Assembly: GCA_020445565.1 (NCBI GenBank)
Contig: JAGRGI010000032.1
Span: 13,294 to 77,293 of the forward strand
Source: Chromatiales bacterium
GTDB taxonomy: Bacteria > Pseudomonadota > Gammaproteobacteria > JAGRCI01
Direction of reading: 5' to 3'
Length of the DNA: 64,000 nucleotides
The first letter of the stretch is position 1, and the number at the start of each line of letters is the position of its first letter. The notes beneath the pieces are model-generated. The model had not been told where the DNA came from and made no database searches. It saw only the letters and a list, made by a program, of their open reading frames with translations. The position numbers and the translations under genes are program-made. Of this stretch, positions 51,458-63,500 are shown one piece after another.

Positions 51458-52284
51458 AATTGTATTGTGCCCTCGAATACGGTGGTGGCCGGCCCGGTCA
51501 TCAAAACCGGGCTGCCCTCACCAAGCCAGGATAGCACAAGCCGGCCGCCGGGAAGGTCCACCTCTACCCGCTCGTCCAGCAGACCCTGGTCGCGGCCCAC
51601 GGCAACGGCGGCACAGGCACCGGTGCCACAGGCCAGCGTCTCGCCCACACCGCGCTCGAAAACCCGCAGGCGAATATGGCCACGATCGACAATCTGCATG
51701 AATCCCACGTTGGCCCGCTGCGGAAAATCTCCCAGGCTTTCCAGCACCGGACCCAGGGAATCCACCGGCGCGCGGTCCACATCTTCCACGCGCAACACCG
51801 CATGGGGATTTCCCATGGATACCGCCCCGAAACGCACGTCGTCGCCGTTGACCCGCCGGTGATAGAGACCCTCACGGGCCGGCGCCTTGAAGGGAATGAC
51901 CGAGGGCTGAAAACGGGGCTCTCCCATGTTCACGGTGACTTGTTCGTCTTCCTGAACATGCAGGCTTATCGGTCCGGCAGCGGTTTCCACATGAATCTCT
52001 TGCTTGTCCGTCAGACCTTGCTGGCGCACGAAACGGGCGAAACAGCGCGCCCCATTGCCACATTGCTCCACCTCGCCGCCGTCGGCGTTGAAGATACGGT
52101 AACGAAAATCCATGTCCGCGCGGCTGGCGGCTTCCACCAGCAGAATCTGATCGCAGCCAACACCAAAATGCCGATCGGCGATAAAGCGGCGCTGCGCGGC
52201 GTCCAGCTCCACGCGCTGACGCACACCGTCGAATACCACGAAGTCGTTGCCCAGGCCATGCATCTTGGTAAAGCGCAGCAGCAC
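51454..52284 (-). CDS. dapF: diaminopimelate epimerase
   Basis: [10 protein letters not shown]... with catalytic Cys pairs ([17 protein letters not shown]). 276 aa. Confidence 0.9.
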   Translation of the reverse strand: MLLRFTKMHGLGNDFVVFDGVRQRVELDAAQRRFIADRHFGVGCDQILLVEAASRADMDFRYRIFNADGGEVEQCGNGARCFARFVRQQGLTDKQEIHVETAAGPISLHVQEDEQVTVNMGEPRFQPSVIPFKAPAREGLYHRRVNGDDVRFGAVSMGNPHAVLRVEDVDRAPVDSLGPVLESLGDFPQRANVGFMQIVDRGHIRLRVFERGVGETLACGTGACAAVAVGRDQGLLDERVEVDLPGGRLVLSWLGEGSPVLMTGPATTVFEGTIQL

Positions 52285-52288
52285 GTTT

Positions 52289-52738
52289 TTACTCCCCCAA
52301 CGGCGGCCGTCCCTCGGCGCGAAAGGCGTTGTAGTCCCGATAAGTGCAGCGGTCCATCACCACGGTGATCCCGGCGTCCCTGGCCCGTAGTGCGGCGGGC
52401 ACATTGACGACGCCGTCTTGCAACCACACAGCGGGTATTTTCAGTTCGATGCAGGCATCGATCAACGGATCGATCTGACTGGGATTTCTAAACACATCGA
52501 CCAAATCGATGGACTCCGGCACAGAGGCAAGATCCGGGTAAGCGGTTTCACCCAATATCATCTTGCTGCCGGGGCGTACCGGCACAATCCTGTAGCCGTA
52601 ATCCCGCAGAGCGCGGGCAACCTGGTGGCTGGGCCGGTGAGGCAGGGGCGAAAGTCCGACCACGGCGATGGTGCGGGCGGTAGCCAACAGTCCGTGAATG
52701 ATTTCCCGATCCGGGTTTTGAAAGTGAGGTTCGCTCAT
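52289..52738 (-). CDS. CoA-binding domain protein (YccU-like)
   Basis: 149-aa Rossmann CoA-binding fold (IAVVGLS...; YRIVPVRP). Confidence 0.75.
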   Translation of the reverse strand: MSEPHFQNPDREIIHGLLATARTIAVVGLSPLPHRPSHQVARALRDYGYRIVPVRPGSKMILGETAYPDLASVPESIDLVDVFRNPSQIDPLIDACIELKIPAVWLQDGVVNVPAALRARDAGITVVMDRCTYRDYNAFRAEGRPPLGE

Positions 52739-53427
52739 GAGGACTCCGGCAAAATTCCGCTCACCAGCAAGTGGCGGTCACTGATCACCCGGACCTGCAA
52801 GCCAGCCAAACCGGCCTCATTCAGTTGTCGCTCGACCTCCCCAGGCTCAAAGGCAGCCAACAGGGAGTTGTAGAAGTCCCGTTGCAGGATCGGGGGCTCG
52901 TCGGCGGCATGCAGGGCCTGCAATGCACGGGCGCTTTCGGGCGATGCAGGGCGGAACAGATCCATCACCACGACCTGCGCGCCGGGACGGCCGTAGCGTT
53001 TCAAACCATGCCACAGGCTCATGGGATCAGTCAGATGATGCAGCAGGCTATTGGACAACAGGGTGTCAAAACTGTGCTCGGGCAGCGACAAACCGGGAAG
53101 GTAATCGCAAATCAGCTCAATGCGCTGCGCGGCCGGGTGAGACCGCAAACGCTCGCGACCGTGCGCAAGCATCGCCTCTGCGCCGTCGACGGCGGTGATC
53201 TGGCATTCGGGCCAGTCGAGGGCGAAGGCCATGGGAATATCCGCCGGTCCACAGCCGAGATCCAGCACCCGTGCATTGTCGCGGCGCAATCCTACCGGTC
53301 CCTGCGGAAAGGTGTCCCGATACGCGTCGAGAAATTGTCTGTTGGGACCGCTGAAATCGGCCTCGGCGTAGGCCACGGCCTGCTCCAGGCCCTCCATCAG
53401 TTCCTCGGGTTCCGGAATTCGCTGCAT
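52735..53427 (-). CDS. class I SAM-dependent methyltransferase
   Basis: SAM motif I VLDLGCGPADI plus post-I/II motifs. 230 aa. Confidence 0.75.
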   Translation of the reverse strand: MQRIPEPEELMEGLEQAVAYAEADFSGPNRQFLDAYRDTFPQGPVGLRRDNARVLDLGCGPADIPMAFALDWPECQITAVDGAEAMLAHGRERLRSHPAAQRIELICDYLPGLSLPEHSFDTLLSNSLLHHLTDPMSLWHGLKRYGRPGAQVVVMDLFRPASPESARALQALHAADEPPILQRDFYNSLLAAFEPGEVERQLNEAGLAGLQVRVISDRHLLVSGILPESS

Positions 53428-53432
53428 GGTAT

Positions 53433-54680
53433 CTAGTCAGGCAATCGGGACTCGCCGGCGATCAAATCGTCGAAACTTTCGCGCCGCCGGGCCAGGTGGC
53501 AGCGGTCTCCATCCACCACGATCTCGGCCGCGCGCGGACGGCTGTTGTAATTGGAACTCATGGCAAAACCATAGGCACCCGCGCTGCGTATGGCCAGCAG
53601 GTCGCCCTGGAGCAGGCCCAACTGCCGATCCTTGGCAAGGAAATCACCGGTCTCGCAGACCGGGCCGACCAGATCCCAGACCGCCTCTTCCGCCTCGCCG
53701 CGCCGCAATGGCCAGACCTCGTGATAGGCGCCATACAGGGACGGCCGTAAAAGATCGTTCATGGCCGCATCGATAATCGCAAAATTTTTGTGGGACGTGG
53801 GCTTGAGGTATTCCACCCGCGTTATCAGCAGTCCAGCATTCGCGGCAATGGCACGACCCGGCTCCAGCAGGATCTCGTAAGGCGCCTGCCGCAGCTTCGC
53901 CAGTACCTCGCGGGCATAGTCCGCCGGCTGTGGTGGGTCCTCCTGACGATAGCGCACGCCCAGACCACCACCCAGGTCCAGATGGCGAATCGCCAGGCCC
54001 TCGCCTTGCAACTGCTCGGCCAGTAGCAATACACGATCCAGGGCATCCAATAACGGACTGGCATCGATCAACTGAGAACCGATGTGGCAGTCGATCCCAT
54101 GCACCTCCAAATTGGCGCTGTCCGCCACCCGGCGATAGGCATCCACGGCCTGTTCGATGCCAATACCGAACTTGTTCTCTTTCAAGCCGGTGGAAATATA
54201 GGGATGGCTACGAGGATCCACGTCGGGGTTGACCCGTATCGACACAGGCGCCACGACCCCATGGGCTGAGGCCACCTCGGACAGGCGCAAGCGCTCTGCC
54301 TCCGATTCCAGATTGAAACAACGCACCCCCGATTCCAGGGCCAGCTCCATTTCCGAGGCCGTCTTGCCGACACCGGAAAACACTACCTTTGCCGGATCGC
54401 CGCCTGCTGCCAGAACACGCCGCAGCTCGCCGCCGGAAACGATGTCGAAACCGGAGCCCAGACGCGCCAGAATATCGAGCACGGCCAGGTTGGAATTGGC
54501 CTTGACGGCATAGCAGATCAGGTGTGGATGCTCGCCGAGGGCGCTGTCGAAGGCCCGCCAGTGACGTTCCAGGGTGGCACGGGAATAGACGTAGGTGGGG
54601 GTTCCGTAGCGGGCTGCGATCTCCGCCAGGGGGACGTCCTCCCCATACAACCGACCGTCACGATAGGCAAAATGATCCAT
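53433..54680 (-). CDS. lysA: diaminopimelate decarboxylase
   Basis: Fold-III PLP decarboxylase (CYAVKAN, GGGLGV..., EPGR, CETGD). 415 aa. Confidence 0.9.
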   Translation of the reverse strand: MDHFAYRDGRLYGEDVPLAEIAARYGTPTYVYSRATLERHWRAFDSALGEHPHLICYAVKANSNLAVLDILARLGSGFDIVSGGELRRVLAAGGDPAKVVFSGVGKTASEMELALESGVRCFNLESEAERLRLSEVASAHGVVAPVSIRVNPDVDPRSHPYISTGLKENKFGIGIEQAVDAYRRVADSANLEVHGIDCHIGSQLIDASPLLDALDRVLLLAEQLQGEGLAIRHLDLGGGLGVRYRQEDPPQPADYAREVLAKLRQAPYEILLEPGRAIAANAGLLITRVEYLKPTSHKNFAIIDAAMNDLLRPSLYGAYHEVWPLRRGEAEEAVWDLVGPVCETGDFLAKDRQLGLLQGDLLAIRSAGAYGFAMSSNYNSRPRAAEIVVDGDRCHLARRRESFDDLIAGESRLPD

Positions 54681-54730
54681 GGGAATGCTCGTGGTTCAGA
54701 GAGGGTGAGCCAAAGGGCGCGATTCGGCGA

Positions 54731-54853
54731 ACTAACGCGACGACTTGCTGGTGGGCTGGTCATCCGGCAGGTAGAGGTCACCTTTCTGGCCACAGCCGGC
54801 CACAAGCATGCCGACCACCAGGGCGAGAAAACAAACGGTAATAGTGCTACGCA
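54731..54853 (-). CDS. lptM: small lipoprotein LptM (YifL-like)
   Basis: 40-aa ORF, too short for the 60-aa ORF track. MRSTITVCFLALVVGMLVAGCGQKGDLYLPDD has a lipobox LVAGC followed by the conserved GQKG...LY motif. Sits in the conserved position upstream of lysA/dapF. Confidence 0.6.
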
Positions 54854-55233
54854 TAACCGAAGCTCCAGTCGGTGAAAATCGGTTCAGATTGTATACCAGC
54901 GGTTCGATCCTTTGCTCCCCCCGGCAGCTGTTCGGGATTTACGTTCAGCCGCAATTTTGTTGTCTGCCAGGACGCTGGGCTACACTGGTATGCAGCAGTG
55001 CGTGGGACGGTTGGCGGATGTTGATCACCTCTGGGGCAAGTGCGCCCTCCCAGGCACAGACTTCATGTTTTACGTTCTCTCCCGACCTTCACGCGAACCC
55101 GGGACGCAACTTGGCAGACTCGATTCGCAAGACCCGCCGAGAAGATTGATAAATTCAAAAAATCCGTGACTTACACACCTCACCACTGTACGGATCGGGC
55201 CGTAACGGAGGCAGTATCCGGATCGGGGACGAT

Positions 55234-56334
55234 TTGCCTATGACACCCGGAATGATCAGCCACGGTTCGGAAGATAGTCGCTGCCGCGTGTTGGTTGTGG
55301 ATGATGACCCGGCATCGCGATTCCTTCAAACCGAAATTCTGGCTCCCCCCCGCTTCGAGGTCACCGAAGCAGTGGATGGTCATAGCGCCCTGGAACTGCT
55401 TCGGGTCAAATCCTTCGATGTGGTGCTGCTGGACAAGAAAATGCCCGGCATCGACGGCAACGAGGTCTGCCGACGCCTGCGCAATGAACTCGACCTGCCC
55501 CTGCTTCCTGTTATCATGGTCACTGGCGAGGCCAGTACGGAGCACTTGGCGGTCAGCTTCAAAGCTGGCGCCAGCGACTACCTGGGCAAACCCTACAGCC
55601 CCATGGAACTGGTTGCGCGAGTCGACGCAGCAGTGCTGCGCAAACGCATGATGGACCTCTATGAAGGCCCCGATGCCATGCTGTTCACATTGGCGCGTAT
55701 CCTGGAGGCGCGGGGTATAACCACCGCCGATCTGGGACGTCGCCAGGCGGGACTGGCGCGGACCTTTGGCGAAGCGCTGGGCCTGGAAGAAGAGGAAGTG
55801 GACATTCTCCAGCGGGTCGCCGTGGTTCAGGATATCGGCCTGCTGTCCCTACCCGACCGGTTGATTGAGAATCACAACGACCTTACCCCAGAGGAACTGG
55901 CCCAGTTCCGCTCTCATCCACGCCTGGGCGCGGAATTGTGCTCCGGCCTGAACAGCCTGAAACCCGCCGCCCCCGTCGTGTTGCGTCAGCATGAACGTTG
56001 GGACGGCAGCGGCTACCCGGACGGACTCAGCGGCAACGCTATCCCGCATCTGGCTCAGGTGTTCGCGCTGGTGCGCCGCTACGAGGTTCTGACAGCCGGA
56101 CGCGATGGCGAGAAGCCCCAGACGCACGACGACGCCTTGGGCATCATTGAAAAGGAAGCCTTCCGCGGTTGGTACGACCCAGGCCTGGCCACCAAATTCA
56201 TGACCATCGCCCACGCCCGTCCCGAGTTATTGACCCAGGCAGAAATACACCAGGAAGCCCCTCGTGGCCTGCCCGATTTCCCCAGAGTGAGCAGCCAGGA
56301 CGACTGGCGGAAGGCCATTTTCGAGGACGACTGA
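55234..56334 (+). CDS. two-component response regulator with degenerate HD-GYP output domain
   Basis: REC domain with the phospho-acceptor Asp (VVLLDKKMP), then an HD-GYP domain that retains HERWDGSGYP. The canonical HD is QD (VAVVQDIGLL), the HH is QH, and the FDAL Asp is missing. Confidence 0.85.
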   Translation: MPMTPGMISHGSEDSRCRVLVVDDDPASRFLQTEILAPPRFEVTEAVDGHSALELLRVKSFDVVLLDKKMPGIDGNEVCRRLRNELDLPLLPVIMVTGEASTEHLAVSFKAGASDYLGKPYSPMELVARVDAAVLRKRMMDLYEGPDAMLFTLARILEARGITTADLGRRQAGLARTFGEALGLEEEEVDILQRVAVVQDIGLLSLPDRLIENHNDLTPEELAQFRSHPRLGAELCSGLNSLKPAAPVVLRQHERWDGSGYPDGLSGNAIPHLAQVFALVRRYEVLTAGRDGEKPQTHDDALGIIEKEAFRGWYDPGLATKFMTIAHARPELLTQAEIHQEAPRGLPDFPRVSSQDDWRKAIFEDD

Positions 56335-56339
56335 GCCCC

Positions 56340-57482
56340 TTACCGGTACTGGCGCATGTAGTTCCACTCGAACAGCCGCTTCGACCAATGCAGCAGACGC
56401 GTGGCAGGCAGCATCAGACTGCGCGTGCCACTGCGGGCGACCAGCATGCCGGAATCCAGAGAATCCACGATACAGGCCAGCTCCACCTTGAAACTCGCCT
56501 GCGCCGGCTCACCGGCAAACTCGCTCATGAGGTTTTTGCAGGCGGCAATGGCCTGTAGATCCGCCATATGGGCCTGCTTGGGCATCCATTCGGGACCGGG
56601 ATAACTGCCGGCATCGCCCACCACGTACACCCTGTCAAATCCGGCCACCTTGCAGTTGGCATCGGATTGTACGAATCCACCGGGGGATTGAGGCAAATCG
56701 GTGGCCTGGGTCCAGGTGCTCCCGGTCATACCGGGTATGAAGACGATCAAATCCGTATCGAAACTTTCGCCCTCGGTTTCAATCCGGTTAGGGTGAAACG
56801 CCTTCAGGGGATGCCCCAGATGGGTCTGGATATCGCGCTTCCTCATGGCCTCCAGGAGGCGATCCACAGCCGCGTCTCCCATGCGCTGACCGGGGCGTTT
56901 TGCCGGGGCGAAAAATTTGAGCTGGAAGCGATCGCGGCGTTTCTGCTTCTTTAAGAGAGTATGGGTACCAAACAGATACTCGAACACCGGGCCACCGCGC
57001 ATGGCCGAGGGTTCCTTGGGATTGCCGCCGAAACCGAAGGCGACCGTACCGCCATCCAGGGCCTCCAACTGATCGCGAAAACGCTCCGCATCGGTCAGAC
57101 TTCGACAGGGAATGGCCGCGTTATCAATGCCCGGCAACTTGGTGAGATAACGACCACCCGAGGCGATGATAAGTCCATCGTTGGGCAGCTCACCCGTATC
57201 GGTCACCAGGGTACGCCCACCCTCTTTCAAACCGCTGGCGCTGCCTTGGTGATAGTGCACGTTCATGCGCTGGAAGAAGGCATCGAGGTTCACCACCAGA
57301 TCCGAAGATTCACGCATACGCGAGGGAATCCACACGAGGCTCGGATAGTAGAGGAATTCCGGCCTGGGGCTGACCACAGTGATCTGCGCATTGGCGTCCA
57401 GGGAACGCAGTTTGCGCACGGCGGTGAGGGCGCCGAAGCCGGTGCCGACGATGGTGATTCGCTTGGAGTTGCTGGCACTCAT
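56340..57482 (-). CDS. FAD-dependent pyridine nucleotide-disulfide oxidoreductase (sulfide:quinone oxidoreductase-like)
   Basis: N-terminal FAD motif KRITIVGTGFGALTAV and a second dinucleotide motif near the C-terminus (VYVVGDAG). 380 aa, SQR/FCSD-like topology with candidate Cys residues. SQR identity is not proven. Confidence 0.6.
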   Translation of the reverse strand: MSASNSKRITIVGTGFGALTAVRKLRSLDANAQITVVSPRPEFLYYPSLVWIPSRMRESSDLVVNLDAFFQRMNVHYHQGSASGLKEGGRTLVTDTGELPNDGLIIASGGRYLTKLPGIDNAAIPCRSLTDAERFRDQLEALDGGTVAFGFGGNPKEPSAMRGGPVFEYLFGTHTLLKKQKRRDRFQLKFFAPAKRPGQRMGDAAVDRLLEAMRKRDIQTHLGHPLKAFHPNRIETEGESFDTDLIVFIPGMTGSTWTQATDLPQSPGGFVQSDANCKVAGFDRVYVVGDAGSYPGPEWMPKQAHMADLQAIAACKNLMSEFAGEPAQASFKVELACIVDSLDSGMLVARSGTRSLMLPATRLLHWSKRLFEWNYMRQYR

Positions 57483-57641
57483 GGGTTTGGTTCCAAAACA
57501 GAGGGGCCGCGAGGCGGCGTGGGAAATACGAACCCTGGCGGGTCGAACCGAACACGGCCACCGACGGTGAGTGATGAAAGTCTTTGCCTGATTCTAACCG
57601 AATCTCCGCCTGCCGGTGGCAAAGGATCGTCTCGAACAAGC

Positions 57642-58466
57642 TCAGCGATTCGCGATAGAAGACCTGGCATCAACGAACGGCTGAATCAGCAGGCGATCCA
57701 GTCTCTGCCAGCGGCGATCGCGAAACTCGTCCAGACCAACGGTCATCCCCAGATTGCCCGCCACCGGTGCCTGGCGATAGGTGCCAAACAGACGATCCCA
57801 CCAGGACAGGTTGAAACCGTAGTTGCTATCCGTCTCTTCGCGAATGGCGGAATGGTGAACCCGATGCATGTCGGGGGTGACGATCAACCAACGCAGCGGG
57901 CGATCCAGCCAGGCCGGCAGGCTGGCGTTGGCATGATTGAACATGGCCCCCGCATTCAGACCGACCTCGAACAGGATGACTGCAACCACCGGCGGCCCCA
58001 GAAGAAACACCACCGCCAGCTTGATCAGCATGGACAGAACAATCTCGATAGGGTGAAAGCGCAGACCGGTGGTGACATCGTAATCGGTATCGGCGTGGTG
58101 CAGCCGGTGCAGCCGCCACAGCATGGGCACCTGATGAAAGATCACGTGCTGGGTATAGATCGCCAGATCCAAGGCCAGCAAAGCCGCCAGCAGCGCGAGC
58201 CAGCCCGGCAGATCCACCAGATTCAGCAATCCCCAGCCGCGTTCATCCGCCAGCACTGCCATGCTCACGGCCAAAACAGGCACAGTCAGCCGTAGAACGA
58301 TGGTGTTCAGGGCCACCAGAGCGAGATTGTTACTCCAGCGCAGCAGGCGACTCTGCCCACGCTGCCGGCACGGAGCCAACGCCTCCCAGAGGGCGACCAC
58401 GGCAAACACGCCCAGGAAAAACCCCAGTCGGATCGGGTTCTCGTGGGCCAGGACCCATTCAGTCAT
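57642..58466 (-). CDS. sterol desaturase/fatty-acid hydroxylase family membrane protein
   Basis: His boxes HQVPMLWRLHRLHHAD and HRVHH on a four-TM core. Confidence 0.8.
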   Translation of the reverse strand: MTEWVLAHENPIRLGFFLGVFAVVALWEALAPCRQRGQSRLLRWSNNLALVALNTIVLRLTVPVLAVSMAVLADERGWGLLNLVDLPGWLALLAALLALDLAIYTQHVIFHQVPMLWRLHRLHHADTDYDVTTGLRFHPIEIVLSMLIKLAVVFLLGPPVVAVILFEVGLNAGAMFNHANASLPAWLDRPLRWLIVTPDMHRVHHSAIREETDSNYGFNLSWWDRLFGTYRQAPVAGNLGMTVGLDEFRDRRWQRLDRLLIQPFVDARSSIANR

Positions 58467-58566
58467 CGCTTTTTACCAATAATTGGTTAACAGTCAACGT
58501 GCGCCGAAGGAAAACGCCAGCACGCCCTTTCGGTGCGCATCGGGCAAGGGTATCCTATTCGTTTGA

Positions 58567-60520
<1,954 letters not shown>

Positions 60521-60553
60521 CGTCATTCGAACCAAAGCGCGGGGACGACCGGC

Positions 60554-63500
60554 TTACTTCGGTACCCAGCTGTTGATCGCCGTGACGATCTGGTCCAGAT
60601 CAAAGGGCTTGGTGACGTGCTCCACCATGCCGGCCGCCAGGCAACGGCCGCGCTCTTCCTGCAAGGCGTGGGCGGTCAGGCCGATCACCGGCAACATCGG
60701 TGCCAGTTGATGAATACGACGGGTGGCCTCGTAGCCGTCCATCAGGGGCATCTGAATGTCCATGAGAATCACGTCCAGAGCGCCCTCGCCCAGTTCCTCG
60801 ACCTTGGCGACGGCTTCGCGGCCATTCTCGGCGAAAACCAGCTCGGCACCCTCTGCGTGCAACATATCGTGCAGAATGATGCGGTTCAGATCCACATCCT
60901 CCACGGCAAGAATTCTCAAACCCTGAAGACGCCTGCGCGCCGTTGGCTGCTGTTCCTCTTTCGCTGGTGCGCCTCGCATTTCCTGCACCTCGCGCAATGG
61001 CAGGCACAGTGTAAACGTACTGCCCTTGCCCTGCTCGCTGGCTGCCTCGATATAGCCGCCCATCAACCCGGCGAGATTCTGGCAAATGGCCAGACCGAGA
61101 CCGGTTCCGCCGAAACGGCGGGTTGTGGAACTGTCTCCCTGATCGAAGGGCTGGAACAGGCCCTCCAGGCGGGACGACTCGATGCCGATACCGGAATCCT
61201 GCACGGCAAAACAGATCTCTTCGCCACGGCGCGTCACCCGCAGGCTGACACTACCCCTGTCGGTGAACTTGATCGCGTTGCTCATCAAATTCACCAATAC
61301 CTGGCGCAGCCGTAGTGCGTCCCCCGACAGTCGATCGGGCAGACCGGACTGTGTCTCAACATGAAGATCCAGCCCCTTGCATTCGCATTCCTCGGCAAAC
61401 AGCTTCGCGATGCCGTCGACCAGATCCATCAAGTCCATCGGCTCGGCGATCACCGCCATTTTGCCGGCGTCGATTTTTGAGAGGTCGAGGATGTCATTGA
61501 GGATGGCAAGCAGGTGTTCACCGGAATTGAGTATGTGGCGGAATTTCTCCGTCAGGCCAGCGTCCTCGCTGTCACGCAGGCCCATCCTGGCAAATCCCAG
61601 AACAGCGTTCATTGGCGTGCGAATCTCGTGGCTCATATTGGCGAGAAACACGCTTTTTGCCTGTGCCAGTTTCTCGGCACGGTCACGGGCGGCGGAAAGT
61701 TCATGCTGCAACTGTTTGAGTTCCGAGATGTCCACAGCGATACCTAACAGGTTGTACCGTTGGGTATGCTCATTGAACAGTGGCACCTTGGTCGTCAGAT
61801 AGTCATGCATGTTGCCGTCCGGGTGGGTGAAGCTTTCCTCGTAGCTGACTGCCTGTTTCCCGTTCAGCACGTTGGAATCGGTTTCCGAGAGGTGTTGGGC
61901 TACGGCAGGCGGGAACAGATCGGTGTCGGTCCTTCCCAGGATCTGTTTGCCATCCAGCCCCACCGCTTGCTCGAAACGCCGGTTGACCAGAAGGTGGCGA
62001 TGCTGATCATCTTTGATGAAAAACACCGCCGGCAAGTTTTCAATCACGGTTTCCAACTGAGAGCGTTGCGCCTTCAGCTCACTGGTATCTTCCACGGCCG
62101 ACCAAATGAAGGTCTGACCTTCCTGTTCGATCAGCAGTCCGCTGAGTTTGACAGGAACTCGGTGGCCATCCTTGTGTCGGTATTCTTTTTCGTAAGGGCC
62201 GTAGAATCCGGTATCGCGTAGGGATTGCAGTTGCTGGGCCTCCTGGGCTTCGTATTCGCGAGGTGTGACGTCCCAATAGGACAGGGATTTGACCTCGGCA
62301 TCGTCGTAACCGATGATCTTCAGGAAGGCCGGGTTCACATCCACGAAACGTCCATCCATATCGCATAGCACCAACCCGATGGGCGAGGTCTGGAACAGGG
62401 TGCGGTTGTAGGCCATGCTGGCTTGCAGCTCTTCGGTACGCTGACGCACCATGACTTCCAGCTTGTCGCGATGTTCCTGCAGTTCCTGTGCGGTCAGGCG
62501 CATATCGGTAATGTCGTAACCCTGCGAAACAACGTGGCTGATATTGCCGTCGGCGTCGGTCAACACGGTGTTGTGCCAATCGATCATGCGGCGACTGCCG
62601 TCCTTCATCTGCCATTCGTTCTGGTGCTTGCGCACGATCTTCTCGTCCATCAGATCGGAGAAAACCGCCTTCACCTCGGCACGCAACTCAGGCGGTATCA
62701 CGGTCTCGTAAAAAGGTTTGCCGCGCAGTTCCTCGAACCGATAGCCGGTCAGCTCCTCGGTTGCCTTGTTGATGCGTTCGAAATAGCCCTTGCGGTTGAG
62801 CACCACGATGATGTTTCCCGCCGCCTGTAACACAGCGTCGACGAATTCCTTCTCTTCGTGCAGGCGCTGGCGGCTTTCGCGCAATGCCTGTTCGTCCCGG
62901 ATGCGGGCGCTGATATCCTGGTGTGTACCGACCATGCGGACCGGCTTACCCTGAGCGTCTCGCACCAGCAAACCGCGGGAAAGAATGTCGACCCAATAAC
63001 CGAGTTTGTGACGCATGCGGAAGGCGATCGAGAAACCCTCGGAATCACCACGCAGACAGGCGCTGACCAGATCCAATGTCGCTTCTCGACCGACATCGCC
63101 CGTCAAGGATTGCCAAGTGGCCAGGACATTGTCCAGTTCATGATCCTCGTAGCCGAGCATGGACTTCCAGCGAGGCGAGTAGTACACCTCGTCGGTGGTC
63201 AGATCCCAATCCCAAAGGCCATCGTTCGCGGCCTTCATGGCCAGTTCGAAACGTTCCTCGCTGCGCACCAGTTCCTGTTCGGCCTTCTTGCGCTCGGAGA
63301 TGTCCGTAAGAATGCCGCAGACCCCCACCAGCTCACCCCTGGCATCGAGGATGGGAAATTTCACCGCAAGGTAGTGATGGATTTCACCCAAGTGTTCCAG
63401 GCGCTCATCCACCTCCAGCGGTTGCAGGTGATCGGCTACCTCGCGATCGTGCTTCTGGGACAAGGCCGCGAATTCCGCCGGGAACAAGGCATCCTCGGTC

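Noticed and set aside
56961-58295. 444-aa plus-strand ORF
   Set aside because: Antisense to the SQR-like and sterol-desaturase genes. Arg/Gly/Gln-rich artefact of GC-rich coding DNA.
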